DNA of 32,000 nucleotides, taken from an uncultured archaeon. Lineage in GTDB: Archaea; Iainarchaeota; Iainarchaeia; Iainarchaeales; Iainarchaeaceae. How positions within the stretch are numbered: the first letter of the stretch is position 1; every line of letters begins with the position of its first letter. The notes beneath the pieces were generated by a model. It ran no database searches. It was not told where the DNA came from and worked only from the letters and a program-made list of their open reading frames with translations. A program made the position numbers and the translations under genes. Location: positions 92,915-124,914 of the forward strand of contig CAZNZM010000003.1 in the NCBI GenBank assembly GCA_964577555.1, written 5' to 3'. Positions 1-9,439 of this stretch are shown here, in pieces.

Positions 1-132
1 TATGAAGATAAAAAACAGTGTGAATAGTAGTATTAAAAGTATTAAAATGTTGATTGCTATGTTGTTTTTTTTTGGTTGGGTTTTTAATTGTTCATTTGGA
101 TAAGTCATATTATAGGAACTACTGATGCTTAA

Positions 133-335
133 TTAATTTTTTCGTATTTTGGCGTTTTGCATGGATTTTTTGTTTTTGGTTTTTATAAAGTGTTTTGTTG
201 CTTGAGCTAATACAAACCATTTTTTTTATTTTTTTTTATGTTTTTTTTTTAATTTTGTGTTTTGGTTGTTATGGTTGGTTAAGCTAGTTTTTTTTGTTGT
301 TTTAAATCAAGGTTTGTTGGTCTTTTTATTTTTTT
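133..335 (+). repeat. T-rich intergenic repeat block A, a degenerate copy of the family seen at four other loci
   Basis: Long T runs on the + strand are punctuated by short GC islands (ttgagct at 202-208, ggttggtt). A taattttgtgttttggttg segment resembles the AAATTGTTTTGTC module of the other blocks. The block lies 3' of the minus-strand gene ending at 336. A further T-rich patch is at 61-95. Confidence 0.55.
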
Positions 336-3300
336 TTAATTTGAAAAGCATGTGTTGGCGTTGAATCCTTCGTTGGATAGGTTGTTTAGTTTGTCTCTGA
401 AATTAGAGATTATTTCTTGTTCGTTCCAGTATATTCCTACGTTTAGAGGTGCTTTTGAGTATCCTTGTTCGATTGTTCCGTATGCTATGCATGTTTGTTC
501 GTTTTCTATTTTGTTTAATGTATCGCTTATTGTCCATAATGCTTGGCTTGGGTTGTCGAGTGTGATTTCAGTATCTGTTCCTTTTATGTATCTTGCACCG
601 CTGATATTTCCATTGTCATTTAATGTTGGAACGTATATTACTCCTTGGTTTTGGCAGGCGTTTTTTATTCTTATTTGGTCGCCTTTACTTGGGGCATAAA
701 GTATTGTTTCAAGAGCAATGTCGTTTTTGGAAGTGCTTTCCCTTCCAAATACATATATTACGCGTGTGTTTTCCAATTCTTTGGCTATGTCGCATTTTGG
801 GCCAGTGTATGAGCTTAGTTGTGAGTCTGTTCCTATTAGTTCTGGCAATGGTTTTCGAGTGTCAAGATCGTTGCATATCGGGGTTTCATCTTTTAGATAT
901 GCTATTTCCACTAGCCTTGCAAGACTTGGGCCTGCATCTATGCTTCCTTTGCTATCTTTTATAATGTATCCCATGGCGTTTTTTTTGCCATCGTTTTCTG
1001 CTTTGAAAATTATTGGTATTGGCAGCGAGGCAGCGAATGTCATGGAGTATTCTGGGGTTTGGTTGTTTGTTTCTTTTTTTGAGATTGAAAGTATTTTTCC
1101 TGGTTCGTTTTTGCTTAAACTTATAAAGTCGTTTTTGCGTTCTACTTCAATTATTGCAATTGGTTTGGAGTCGTTTGTTGTTGGAATTGTATAAACGTCA
1201 AAGTCGTGCCTTTCGTTCAATATAAAAAATGGGACTTGGCTGTTTTGGTTTTTTAGTTTGAAGCCAACTCCGTAGCCGTCTCTATGCAATACGTCTCCGG
1301 TTTTTCCAACGTAGGCGTCGATTGGCAGATAGTATAGCAGGTTTGCTGGGAATTCTTCGTCAGTTATTTTTGTGAATTTGACTAATATTTTTGCTTTTGG
1401 GTTTCCTTCATTATCAAATAATTTTTGGAATTTTGAATCGTCCAATTCAAACGAAATTGTAATCAAGTATTTTCCTGGTTGGAGTATTGGTTCTGGCGTT
1501 GAGAATACAAGCCTTGTTTGGTCTTTGAAATATTTGTCCCAGGACATTTGTTTGGCGTTTCCTGTAGTATAGTATTTGATTATTTGTGCTTGGTTGTCAA
1601 AAAATCGTTCACGCATAAAGGCGTCAAAGTCGTTTCTGAAGTCTTGAGAAAAGCCGTCTCGCATCATATAAACTGGGAAAGATAGTTTAGAATTGGCTTG
1701 TGCAATGTTTCCTTCAGATATTAAATCGTTTATTGTGTTGAGTTTTTTTATTAGCATTATTGAAAATTGTGTTGAATCGCATACGTTATAATTGCCTAAA
1801 TTGTCTGGAGAACAAAAGTTTTCTGAAATGTTGTTGGGTCTCCATTCGTATTTTATTTTTGGTTTTACGTCTTTGCCTGTAAATGCAGTATTTCTGCCTG
1901 TTGAAATAATAGAGCCATCAAGTTCTCGGCATATGCCTGCTGAAACGGCTTTGATTTCAATCATGTATTTTTCCTTGTCAATCCAAGCCAAATTTGTATT
2001 TGTTATTATTGGCTCGTCAGTTATTACTTTTCTTGAAGATGTTCTTCCGTAAACTCTTGCACTGTTTGGGTTTTCTTGTATTATAAAAATTTCGGTGTCG
2101 TTGCTTGCTATTCTTTGTCCTAAAGTGTTAGTAGTGAATTTTTCTCTTGTTAATGTATTTGTGAAGCTGACTTTTCCGATTGTGAAAGAAACCATGCCGT
2201 GGTTGCCAATTGGAAGTTCAGGTGAGAACAAGCCAAGGTCTTTTGTACCTTCAAAAATATTGATTGTTGCTTTTTGTAATGGTGTTTCGGCTTTTGTATA
2301 GCTTTGAGGTCCAAAAGAGATGTCAATAATTCTGTCTTGAACTGTTTCTCCGTCAAAAGTTTTTCCTATGCGAAAGAAATCGCTTTTGTAATTGTTGCCT
2401 ATACTTGGATCATTTACTCCTATTATGCCTTCCATTTTCCAAGTGTAATTTTTGAATGTTTTGCCTTCTGGGTCTATTTCCCCTGGAACAGTGAATTCTG
2501 CTAATAGTGATTCTTCTATGTCGCCTGTGTGTGAATTATTGTAATATTTGAGTGTTTCTGGTTTGTTGCATGCGTCGCCAGAATTTGGAACGGCTACGCT
2601 GTGAAAGCTTCTTGACACCACTAGTCTTCCTGTTTCGTCATAAATTTCAAAGAAATGAACTGGGACGCCGTATGATGTTGTTTCGGGGCTGTCGTTGCAG
2701 AATTGTGCGTAATATTTTTTTCCAGGTTCTACTTGGAAACTTCCTGTTTTTAAAAATGGGGTGATTGCAATTGCGTTTACCGTGAATTCCACGTCCATAT
2801 TGATTGGCTCTATTTTTTTTCTTGAATCGGCTGTTTTTACCCCGTATATGTCTGAATATGTTATTTTTAGGGATAGTTGTTCTTGTTGTGGTGAAACGTT
2901 TGGTCTTTGAGCTGTTGCTTTCATTTTCAAAATATAACTTGCGTTTCTGCCTAATTCCAAACCTGGTTTGAAATCTGGAAAACTGCAATCTTTCAAATAC
3001 CCTCGCGAACCTCCGGTGCTGCAAAAACCTTCTGCGGGTTCCACGCTGTCTATTTTTATATCTACGTTGCTTTCATTTTTTACTTCCCAGAAGAAATTCA
3101 CTTCTTTTTCCGTTTCGTTTCCCCAAATGCTTTTAAGCAATCCTATTGTGTTGCTTTTTGCTGGTTTTATGCTTATTTGTCCTGGCACTACTATTATTTG
3201 TATATCCGCGTATTTTACCCAGTCATTAGGGTTTGTCGGATTTGCATTTATTTTTCTTGTGTATTCTATTCTGAAATCATATGTTCCGGCTTGGTTGAAA

Positions 3301-3704
3301 GGCAATGATTCCAAATAATCAGTTTTGATTCCATGCAATACGTTTCCTCCGTCGCATGCTTCGGCGTTTGTAATTTCATAGCCTTTTATCCATTCTTCTT
3401 CGGTTCCAAGCCCTGTTATTTTTACGACTTTTAAAGGCATTTTGACTTCTCTTCTTGCGCCATCCACGCATTGGTCTATGTATGTTGAAATGTTTGTCAG
3501 TTTTAGTTTTGTTCCTTCTGGCACAACAAATGTGCGTTTATTGTTGTTGGATGTTATTTCTTTGAATTCAGGTGTAAAAGTTATTGTCATGGATGGCGAT
3601 GTATTGATTTCAAAGTAATGGCAGTGCCTGCCTGCAAAAACAGGTGAAGAAAATAGCGTTAGGATTATTGGCAATAATAATGCAATTGCTTCAAAGCGTT
3701 TCAT
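336..3704 (-). CDS. Large secreted surface protein (about 1122 aa), beta-sandwich-rich (CARDB/NEW3-like segments), function unknown
   Basis: The track ORF is 336..3731. I trimmed the start to the ATG at 3704 because GGAGG (revcomp of 3712-3716) lies 7 nt upstream. The product then begins MKRFEAIALLLPIILTLFSSPVFAG, a classic signal peptide. There is no C-terminal TM and no catalytic motif. It overlaps the upstream gene by 14 nt. Confidence 0.85.
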   Translation of the reverse strand: MKRFEAIALLLPIILTLFSSPVFAGRHCHYFEINTSPSMTITFTPEFKEITSNNNKRTFVVPEGTKLKLTNISTYIDQCVDGARREVKMPLKVVKITGLGTEEEWIKGYEITNAEACDGGNVLHGIKTDYLESLPFNQAGTYDFRIEYTRKINANPTNPNDWVKYADIQIIVVPGQISIKPAKSNTIGLLKSIWGNETEKEVNFFWEVKNESNVDIKIDSVEPAEGFCSTGGSRGYLKDCSFPDFKPGLELGRNASYILKMKATAQRPNVSPQQEQLSLKITYSDIYGVKTADSRKKIEPINMDVEFTVNAIAITPFLKTGSFQVEPGKKYYAQFCNDSPETTSYGVPVHFFEIYDETGRLVVSRSFHSVAVPNSGDACNKPETLKYYNNSHTGDIEESLLAEFTVPGEIDPEGKTFKNYTWKMEGIIGVNDPSIGNNYKSDFFRIGKTFDGETVQDRIIDISFGPQSYTKAETPLQKATINIFEGTKDLGLFSPELPIGNHGMVSFTIGKVSFTNTLTREKFTTNTLGQRIASNDTEIFIIQENPNSARVYGRTSSRKVITDEPIITNTNLAWIDKEKYMIEIKAVSAGICRELDGSIISTGRNTAFTGKDVKPKIKYEWRPNNISENFCSPDNLGNYNVCDSTQFSIMLIKKLNTINDLISEGNIAQANSKLSFPVYMMRDGFSQDFRNDFDAFMRERFFDNQAQIIKYYTTGNAKQMSWDKYFKDQTRLVFSTPEPILQPGKYLITISFELDDSKFQKLFDNEGNPKAKILVKFTKITDEEFPANLLYYLPIDAYVGKTGDVLHRDGYGVGFKLKNQNSQVPFFILNERHDFDVYTIPTTNDSKPIAIIEVERKNDFISLSKNEPGKILSISKKETNNQTPEYSMTFAASLPIPIIFKAENDGKKNAMGYIIKDSKGSIDAGPSLARLVEIAYLKDETPICNDLDTRKPLPELIGTDSQLSSYTGPKCDIAKELENTRVIYVFGRESTSKNDIALETILYAPSKGDQIRIKNACQNQGVIYVPTLNDNGNISGARYIKGTDTEITLDNPSQALWTISDTLNKIENEQTCIAYGTIEQGYSKAPLNVGIYWNEQEIISNFRDKLNNLSNEGFNANTCFSN

Positions 3705-5406
3705 TTTTTTGCCTCCTTGCAGACAAAGCAATTAGAACTAATAAGACAATTATGATTGCGGCAAGTATGATAAATTCAAATTGAACACTGAATTGTTCTT
3801 TGTAATTTTCAATTTGTGTGCTTGATTCTTCTTCACATGTTCCTTTACAGCAAATTCCTTTTTCTGATGCAATGTCAATTTTGTTTCCGTTGCATTTTGT
3901 GTTTGATTCGCAAAGCACTCCGCCAAGTTCGTTGCACGATTTTGGTTTTTCAACTGTTAAATCTATTTCTTTTGATATTTGTTTGTTGTTTTTGAAGTCG
4001 TTTACAAGCACTAAATATTTTTTTCTTTCAATTGGGTAATATTTTTCAAGGCAATTGCCGGAATCGAAAGATTCATAATATCTTTCTAGGGAATTTTCTG
4101 CTTCAACAACCGAAATTGACAAATTAATGTCTTCTTCGTTGCCGTTTGCTGCAAAGCCGCAAGCCTTTATTTTGAGTTCTGATGGCTCTGAAAAAATCGT
4201 TTCAAGCCTGATTTCTCCCTTTTTTCCGTTATAATCTGTTTCTATTGGAAATATTTCAAAGCAATACTTGTCGTGGGTTGTGTTGTCTTTTTCTATTGCG
4301 CTGCATACTGTGAATTTTTGGTATGCCAAATCAGGCGTGAAATTTGCGTTTATTTCTTTTTCAATTTCTTTGAATTTTAAAGCAGGTATGTGTTGTTTTC
4401 CTTCGAATATTTTTTTTGCGTCTTTTTCTATCCAAATTGAAACGTTGAAATCGTAAAAATCCGGTTTTGTGTAATGGTCCGGAGAAGAGCCTATTAATGC
4501 ATAAATTTTGACTGGTTTGTTTGGTTTTAATTCATCTCCATAAAAAGCCATTTTTTTTATTTTTGCGGTGGGTCCTTCAACTATTGCTCTATTTCTGTAA
4601 AGCGAGATTGTTTTGCCGTCTTTGTCCATTAACTCTATTCTGATTGCGTATGCGCCTGGCATTGCTGGTGCTTTGAGTGTTAAATTGACTTGTTTTTCTT
4701 CGTTGGCTTCCAATTCAAGGTTTGTTTTTGCTTCTGTTAAAAATTTTTCGCATGCTGTGTCGTCCCAATCGCATAAACCAGTCCAAAGAACAAGGTTTTG
4801 TAATTTTTGATTTGACTGGTTTTTCAAGAAAATTTTACCTTCAATGTTTTGTTCTGGTTTAACCCAAGTTCCGATTGGTCCTGTGTCTCCGTTGAATTCT
4901 GTTTTTGTTCTTATTATGGTTGCGTTAGGGAAAGAGCCTGTTCCTTGTACTTTGAATTCTTTTTCAACAGGGTTGAGGAAAATATGAGGTATTCCGGTTA
5001 TTGGGGATCTTTTTGTTTTGAAGTATGCTAAAATAGTGTAAGTTCCTTCTTTGATATCTTTTGGCAGTGGGATTTCAAATGGGATTTTTTTTTCTTGGTT
5101 GGGCAACAATGCTATTGGGAACTTTTTTTCAAGGAAAATGTTTCCATTGTCTGAGAGTTGGGATGGATAACTTATGCTGCCTTTTGGTCCTGAAGCGATT
5201 TCTACAATTATTTCAGAATCATAAAATCCTGCTGAATCAGAATTGCCTGCTCTAAAATATCCTTTTAAATTTTCTCCCGCCTTGAGATTGTCTTTTTCAA
5301 GGTTTATTTCTACAAATCCTGTAAAAAATATGCTGGCTGATTGGGTTGGCATTGCCGAGAGAATCAGGATTATAATGCACATTGTTTTTGCAAAATAGGT
5401 TGCCAC
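3691..5406 (-). CDS. Type I membrane surface protein (571 aa): signal peptide, CARDB/NEW3-like beta domains, Cys-rich knot, C-terminal TM anchor
   Basis: The GTG start at 5406 directly abuts the TAA (5407-5409) of the upstream gene. The N-terminus MATYFAKTMCIIILILSAMPTQSAS looks like a signal peptide. Segments such as LELEANEEKQVNLTLKAPAMPGAYAIRIEL are CARDB/NEW3-like. The C-terminus reads CNELGGVLCESNTKCNGNKIDIASEKGICCKGTCEEE, then FEFIILAAIIIVLLVLIALSA, then RRQK. Confidence 0.85.
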   Translation of the reverse strand: MATYFAKTMCIIILILSAMPTQSASIFFTGFVEINLEKDNLKAGENLKGYFRAGNSDSAGFYDSEIIVEIASGPKGSISYPSQLSDNGNIFLEKKFPIALLPNQEKKIPFEIPLPKDIKEGTYTILAYFKTKRSPITGIPHIFLNPVEKEFKVQGTGSFPNATIIRTKTEFNGDTGPIGTWVKPEQNIEGKIFLKNQSNQKLQNLVLWTGLCDWDDTACEKFLTEAKTNLELEANEEKQVNLTLKAPAMPGAYAIRIELMDKDGKTISLYRNRAIVEGPTAKIKKMAFYGDELKPNKPVKIYALIGSSPDHYTKPDFYDFNVSIWIEKDAKKIFEGKQHIPALKFKEIEKEINANFTPDLAYQKFTVCSAIEKDNTTHDKYCFEIFPIETDYNGKKGEIRLETIFSEPSELKIKACGFAANGNEEDINLSISVVEAENSLERYYESFDSGNCLEKYYPIERKKYLVLVNDFKNNKQISKEIDLTVEKPKSCNELGGVLCESNTKCNGNKIDIASEKGICCKGTCEEESSTQIENYKEQFSVQFEFIILAAIIIVLLVLIALSARRQKNETL

Positions 5407-8400
5407 TTAATCAACTCCTTTATAGTAATCTTCAATTGTAATTAAAAAGAATGGATCTTCTAGGTTGTTTGTCAGGCCTGTGTTGGAAAGTATCAGTATT
5501 TCTTCTCTTGAGTTTGGGGTTTTGTTTATTTGCAATGGTGTTATATTGAGTTTTCTTGTGAATTTGTTGGCAAGGTCATTGTAAGGGTATGATTTGTTCA
5601 GGTTGTTTTCAGCTGGATCTTCTAGGCCTGTGTATGCTTTGTTTATTATGGCTACTTTCTCTTTGCCGTTTAAGAAGTCAAGCGTGTATTTGTTGTTGAG
5701 TTCGTCGCCCGCAAGCATTTCTGGGTTAATGCGTGTTATTACTAGTCTTGCTGTTTCGTCGTTAATTATAACTTTTACTATTCCTGCTCTATAAATTTTT
5801 GTTTCGCCTTTGTATTTTGCCAAAACATAAATCGGGTGTATCCCTAATTGCTTATTGGATGATACGTTGAAAGTCGCTTTGTTTCCAGGTGTTAGCGTAA
5901 TAGGTTCTGATTCGTTTAATGTTTCCGAAAGCCTTGTTATTGAATCTTTTATCACTATGTCGCTTTCCGTGTCTTTTGCAAGTTTTATTTCTATTTCTTT
6001 TTCGCATTCGTTTTGTATATTAAAATTGGTTGTATTTTTTCTTTGTATTTGAAGGATTAATTCATTTTCTATTTCTGGTGTTTCATTGTTTTCTTTTGAA
6101 AATTTTACGCATTGTATTGTTTCTTTTTGCGGCAAAGGGATTGACACGGTTTGCAATTCTGCGCTTGCGGTTTTATAATTTGGCAGTTTTTCAGCTTTAA
6201 CAATTATTTTTTTGCCGCTTTCAAAAGGCGGCACCGTCAAATTTACTATTCCTGAATTGTTTGTCAGGTAATTTGTGTTTTTTGATATTTGCGTGTCCGG
6301 GTCTTGAGGGTTTTCATACATTTTTATTTCGGCTTCGTTTATTGGGTTGTTTCTTTCATCTTTTGCGGTGGCAAGAACCATTGTTGTTATTCCTGCAGTG
6401 ATTGTAGTTGGTTGCAGTGTCAGTAAAATGTTTTTTAATCCTTCAACTGCTAAATTGGCTATAAATGTGTCTCCTTTGGTTCCAAGGTTCAAGCTTAAAT
6501 TCAAGTCTGCTTCTTGCAAAGGTTTTTTTGCAACGAATTCAACTCTGTATTCTTGTCCTGTTATTTGTTGGTTTGCGCCGAATTCTCCTATTGTTCTCTC
6601 GTTTCCAACAGTTATTTCAAGGGGGTTTAAAGCGTTTTTGTTTTTTACTGTCATTTTGACGTTTGAATAGCTTTTTCCTGATAAATTCAAAAGCGAGTAT
6701 GTTAACGTATATGTTTTTCCTTCAAGCAGCTTGTAAATTTTTTGTTCTTCCAGCGGAATGGTTCTTTCTTCATCAATCAAATTTACTGATGTGAAAACGA
6801 TTCCGCAATTAGATTTGCATATTGGGGCATCAAGTCTTGCACTCCAAAAATATAATTCTCTTGGTTTTGGTTTAAATGTTTCAACACCGTTAATTGTTCC
6901 TTTTGCACCCCAGCGCATTTCTATGATTGTATCTGGTTTTTGTGTTTCTGGAATTTCTTTTATTTTTACTGCCGCTGAAATTATGTAAGTGGTTTTTTCG
7001 GATGTGCCTAATGAAATTACTGCTTGTTTAGCGTCGCCAGAGGTTATGGAACAATCAGCATAGTCGTTTTCAGGGTTGAAGCATCCTGAATAAACCACTT
7101 CTGTTGATGCCGCATTTATTCCTGTTATTACTATTTTGCTGTCATTGGAGTTTGTTTGGTTTTGAAGCCCGGCTCTGAAAACCGCTTTGAGGTTTTCTAT
7201 TTTGTCTCCTGTTTGAAGCCTGAATTTGAAAACGTATTTTTTTCCTGATTCTATTTTGTCTGCAATTCTTCCATCTTCTTTGAAAACGTTTTCCAATTCT
7301 ATTTTGAATTCTGGATTTGCTGGGGGTTCTGGCAGTTTGACAAGTGTTACTGTTTCTATTTTTTTTACGTCTGGTTCTATTGTTATTTGTCCTGTTTCAG
7401 TTTTCAAATACCCGTTTTTTTGTATTATTAGTTTTGGTTTTGCATCTACTTTGAATTTTACTGATTCTGTCAATCCGTTGTTTTGAGTGATTTTTTTGGC
7501 TAGTTCTTTTCCGTTTATTGAATCTATGAAACTGACGTTTGCACTTTGCACTGCTTTGCCGTCAACGTCAACTACTTTGACTGCCAATTCGCCGTTAGCC
7601 AGTACAATGGTTATTGGCAATTCTAGAGTTCTGCCTGGTCTGAGGTCTGCTTTTGCCGATTTGCCTGTGTTTTTTGCACCATCCACGTATTTCACTGCTT
7701 CTGCGTAATAATTGCCCGGTGGCATGTTGTTTGCTTCAAATATTCCGTTTGAATCGGTTTCGCCTTCAACGAAAATAATTGGGTTGGATTTTTCATAAAT
7801 AGCCACGCTTGCGTTTGGTACGCTCTTTCTTGAATAGTCATTGACAATTACTTTGATTTTGCCCGAGTTAGATTGTTCAGCTTTTTCGATTTTGATTTCT
7901 TGCGGCTGTGTGCTGTCAATTGGTTTGAGATCTAAATGCGGTATTATTTTTCTGACATATTCTGGGTGGCTTGCTATTGCTGAATAGTTTTTGTCAGGTT
8001 CCAGGTTTATGAAAGAGACAATTCCGTCAGAGCCAGATGTTTTTAATACGCCTGAGTTTTGCAAGCCGATTATTAGGTTTGTATTGACTCCTTCTACTGC
8101 TGTTGAGGATTTTTTGTCAATAAATTTCAAGAGTGCCTTTTTTGCATTGTTTGGTTTTTCCAAGAGTATTTCTATTGTTTTTGTGTTTCCTTCTGAAAAT
8201 TCAGCAGCTCCTATTGTGAATTCGTTGCTTTGTCCTATTGTATAACCTGTGTTTTCTGGAGGAATTGCTTCTGCAATATAAGTTCCGAGTGGGACGTTTG
8301 GAATTATTTTGGATCCGCTGTCGTCTGTGTAGCCTCCGTCAATTATTGTTATGCCGTTAGATTTTATTTTGATTTTTGTTCCGCCTATGCCTGTAAGCAG

Positions 8401-9315
8401 TGTTTTGTCTTTGACGCTGACTCTTAAAGTTGCATTGATTTTCTTTTTTGAAAGCCTGATTACTTTTGTCCCTTCAAATGATGCCAAGTCGATTAATTCT
8501 CTTGCATCGTTGAAACCGGTTGCAGAAACATTTATTGTGAGCATTCCGCAATTTGATTGCACTGAAATCCTGTGGTTTGGTCCGTTGCCTCTTATTGGCG
8601 AGGGTGAAATTCCTGAATTGTTGCATGAAAATGTAAGGCTTACATTGACGTTTGGCGCTATTAGATTGCGCTCCTCGTCCCTTAGCTCTATTCCTATTTG
8701 TTTCACTTTTGTTTCTTCGTATTTTTTGAGTTTTATGCGGTAAAGTTTTTCAGGTTGTATATCCAATACATCGGCGTATTTTTTGAATCTGTTGTCATCA
8801 ACCGAAACATTGATTTTTTTTCCGTAAAATTCGGTTGTGAATTCCCCGCTTGCATTTGTTTTTTTTGTTTCAGTTTTTTTTCCAAGAGAAAAATTAACTG
8901 ATATGTCTTTGACTGGCTTGTTTGCTTCATCGGTTACGATGAATTTTGCCGGGCTTTTTGTAAAACCGAAAAATTTCAATATTGGGTCAAAAATCGTTTT
9001 TAAGATGTTGCCAATGGGTTCAAGTGGCCCGCCTTTTTCGAATAATTTTATTATTGGCGAAAGTGTTTCTGCAATGAATTTTACAACTGGTTCAAGTGGT
9101 CCGCCGTGTCCGCCAAAAAATAGAAGCAGAAGCAAAGAAACTACGAAAAGAAAAAATAGGATTACTAGTATGAATGATGGAAAGTATTTGTCAATTGGGT
9201 CGATTATATTGTATATTGGGATTTTTTCGTTTGCTTTGTCAAGTAGTTCATAATACTTGTCTTCAAAAAAATAATAAACTTCTTTGATTTGTTGTATAAG
9301 GTCCTCCAATGCCAC
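5407..9315 (-). CDS. Giant N-terminally anchored surface protein (1302 aa) with multiple CarboxypepD_reg-like beta-sandwich domains
   Basis: This is a single long ORF with a GTG start at 9315 and no in-frame ATG nearby. One TM (FILVILFFLFVVSLLLLLFF) follows about 46 cytoplasmic residues. At least five segments match the CarboxypepD_reg pattern, for example IKVIVNDYSRKSVPNASVAIYEKSNPIIFVEGETDSNGIFEANNMPPGNYYAEAVK and LAVKVVDVDGKAVQSANVSF. Confidence 0.88.
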   Translation of the reverse strand: MALEDLIQQIKEVYYFFEDKYYELLDKANEKIPIYNIIDPIDKYFPSFILVILFFLFVVSLLLLLFFGGHGGPLEPVVKFIAETLSPIIKLFEKGGPLEPIGNILKTIFDPILKFFGFTKSPAKFIVTDEANKPVKDISVNFSLGKKTETKKTNASGEFTTEFYGKKINVSVDDNRFKKYADVLDIQPEKLYRIKLKKYEETKVKQIGIELRDEERNLIAPNVNVSLTFSCNNSGISPSPIRGNGPNHRISVQSNCGMLTINVSATGFNDARELIDLASFEGTKVIRLSKKKINATLRVSVKDKTLLTGIGGTKIKIKSNGITIIDGGYTDDSGSKIIPNVPLGTYIAEAIPPENTGYTIGQSNEFTIGAAEFSEGNTKTIEILLEKPNNAKKALLKFIDKKSSTAVEGVNTNLIIGLQNSGVLKTSGSDGIVSFINLEPDKNYSAIASHPEYVRKIIPHLDLKPIDSTQPQEIKIEKAEQSNSGKIKVIVNDYSRKSVPNASVAIYEKSNPIIFVEGETDSNGIFEANNMPPGNYYAEAVKYVDGAKNTGKSAKADLRPGRTLELPITIVLANGELAVKVVDVDGKAVQSANVSFIDSINGKELAKKITQNNGLTESVKFKVDAKPKLIIQKNGYLKTETGQITIEPDVKKIETVTLVKLPEPPANPEFKIELENVFKEDGRIADKIESGKKYVFKFRLQTGDKIENLKAVFRAGLQNQTNSNDSKIVITGINAASTEVVYSGCFNPENDYADCSITSGDAKQAVISLGTSEKTTYIISAAVKIKEIPETQKPDTIIEMRWGAKGTINGVETFKPKPRELYFWSARLDAPICKSNCGIVFTSVNLIDEERTIPLEEQKIYKLLEGKTYTLTYSLLNLSGKSYSNVKMTVKNKNALNPLEITVGNERTIGEFGANQQITGQEYRVEFVAKKPLQEADLNLSLNLGTKGDTFIANLAVEGLKNILLTLQPTTITAGITTMVLATAKDERNNPINEAEIKMYENPQDPDTQISKNTNYLTNNSGIVNLTVPPFESGKKIIVKAEKLPNYKTASAELQTVSIPLPQKETIQCVKFSKENNETPEIENELILQIQRKNTTNFNIQNECEKEIEIKLAKDTESDIVIKDSITRLSETLNESEPITLTPGNKATFNVSSNKQLGIHPIYVLAKYKGETKIYRAGIVKVIINDETARLVITRINPEMLAGDELNNKYTLDFLNGKEKVAIINKAYTGLEDPAENNLNKSYPYNDLANKFTRKLNITPLQINKTPNSREEILILSNTGLTNNLEDPFFLITIEDYYKGVD

Positions 9316-9439
9316 GAAAAAACCCCGCTTTTATTTTGGACTCTTAAATAAAGGGTTATAAAGTATTTAAAGTAATTTATGGTTGTTTAATAGCTTAAAA
9401 ATCGTTTTTTCTTTGTTTTACGTTATTTAAGTCATTTTT

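Noticed and set aside
2-103. 33-aa ORF at the window start (MKIKNSVNSSIKSIKMLIAMLFFFGWVFNCSFG)
   Set aside because: It is too short, has no recognisable motif or promoter within the window, and is partly poly-T derived.
352-9253. Dozens of 60-160 aa plus-strand ORFs antisense to the three giant genes (for example 352..699, 718..1194, 8351..8743, 8837..9253), and nested minus-strand ORFs (2150..2356, 2647..3024, 3750..3953, 8733..8930)
   Set aside because: All lie wholly inside much longer, coherent ORFs. Their compositions (Phe/Ser/Leu-rich, or Arg/Lys-rich off-frame) are typical of shadow frames in AT-rich coding DNA.
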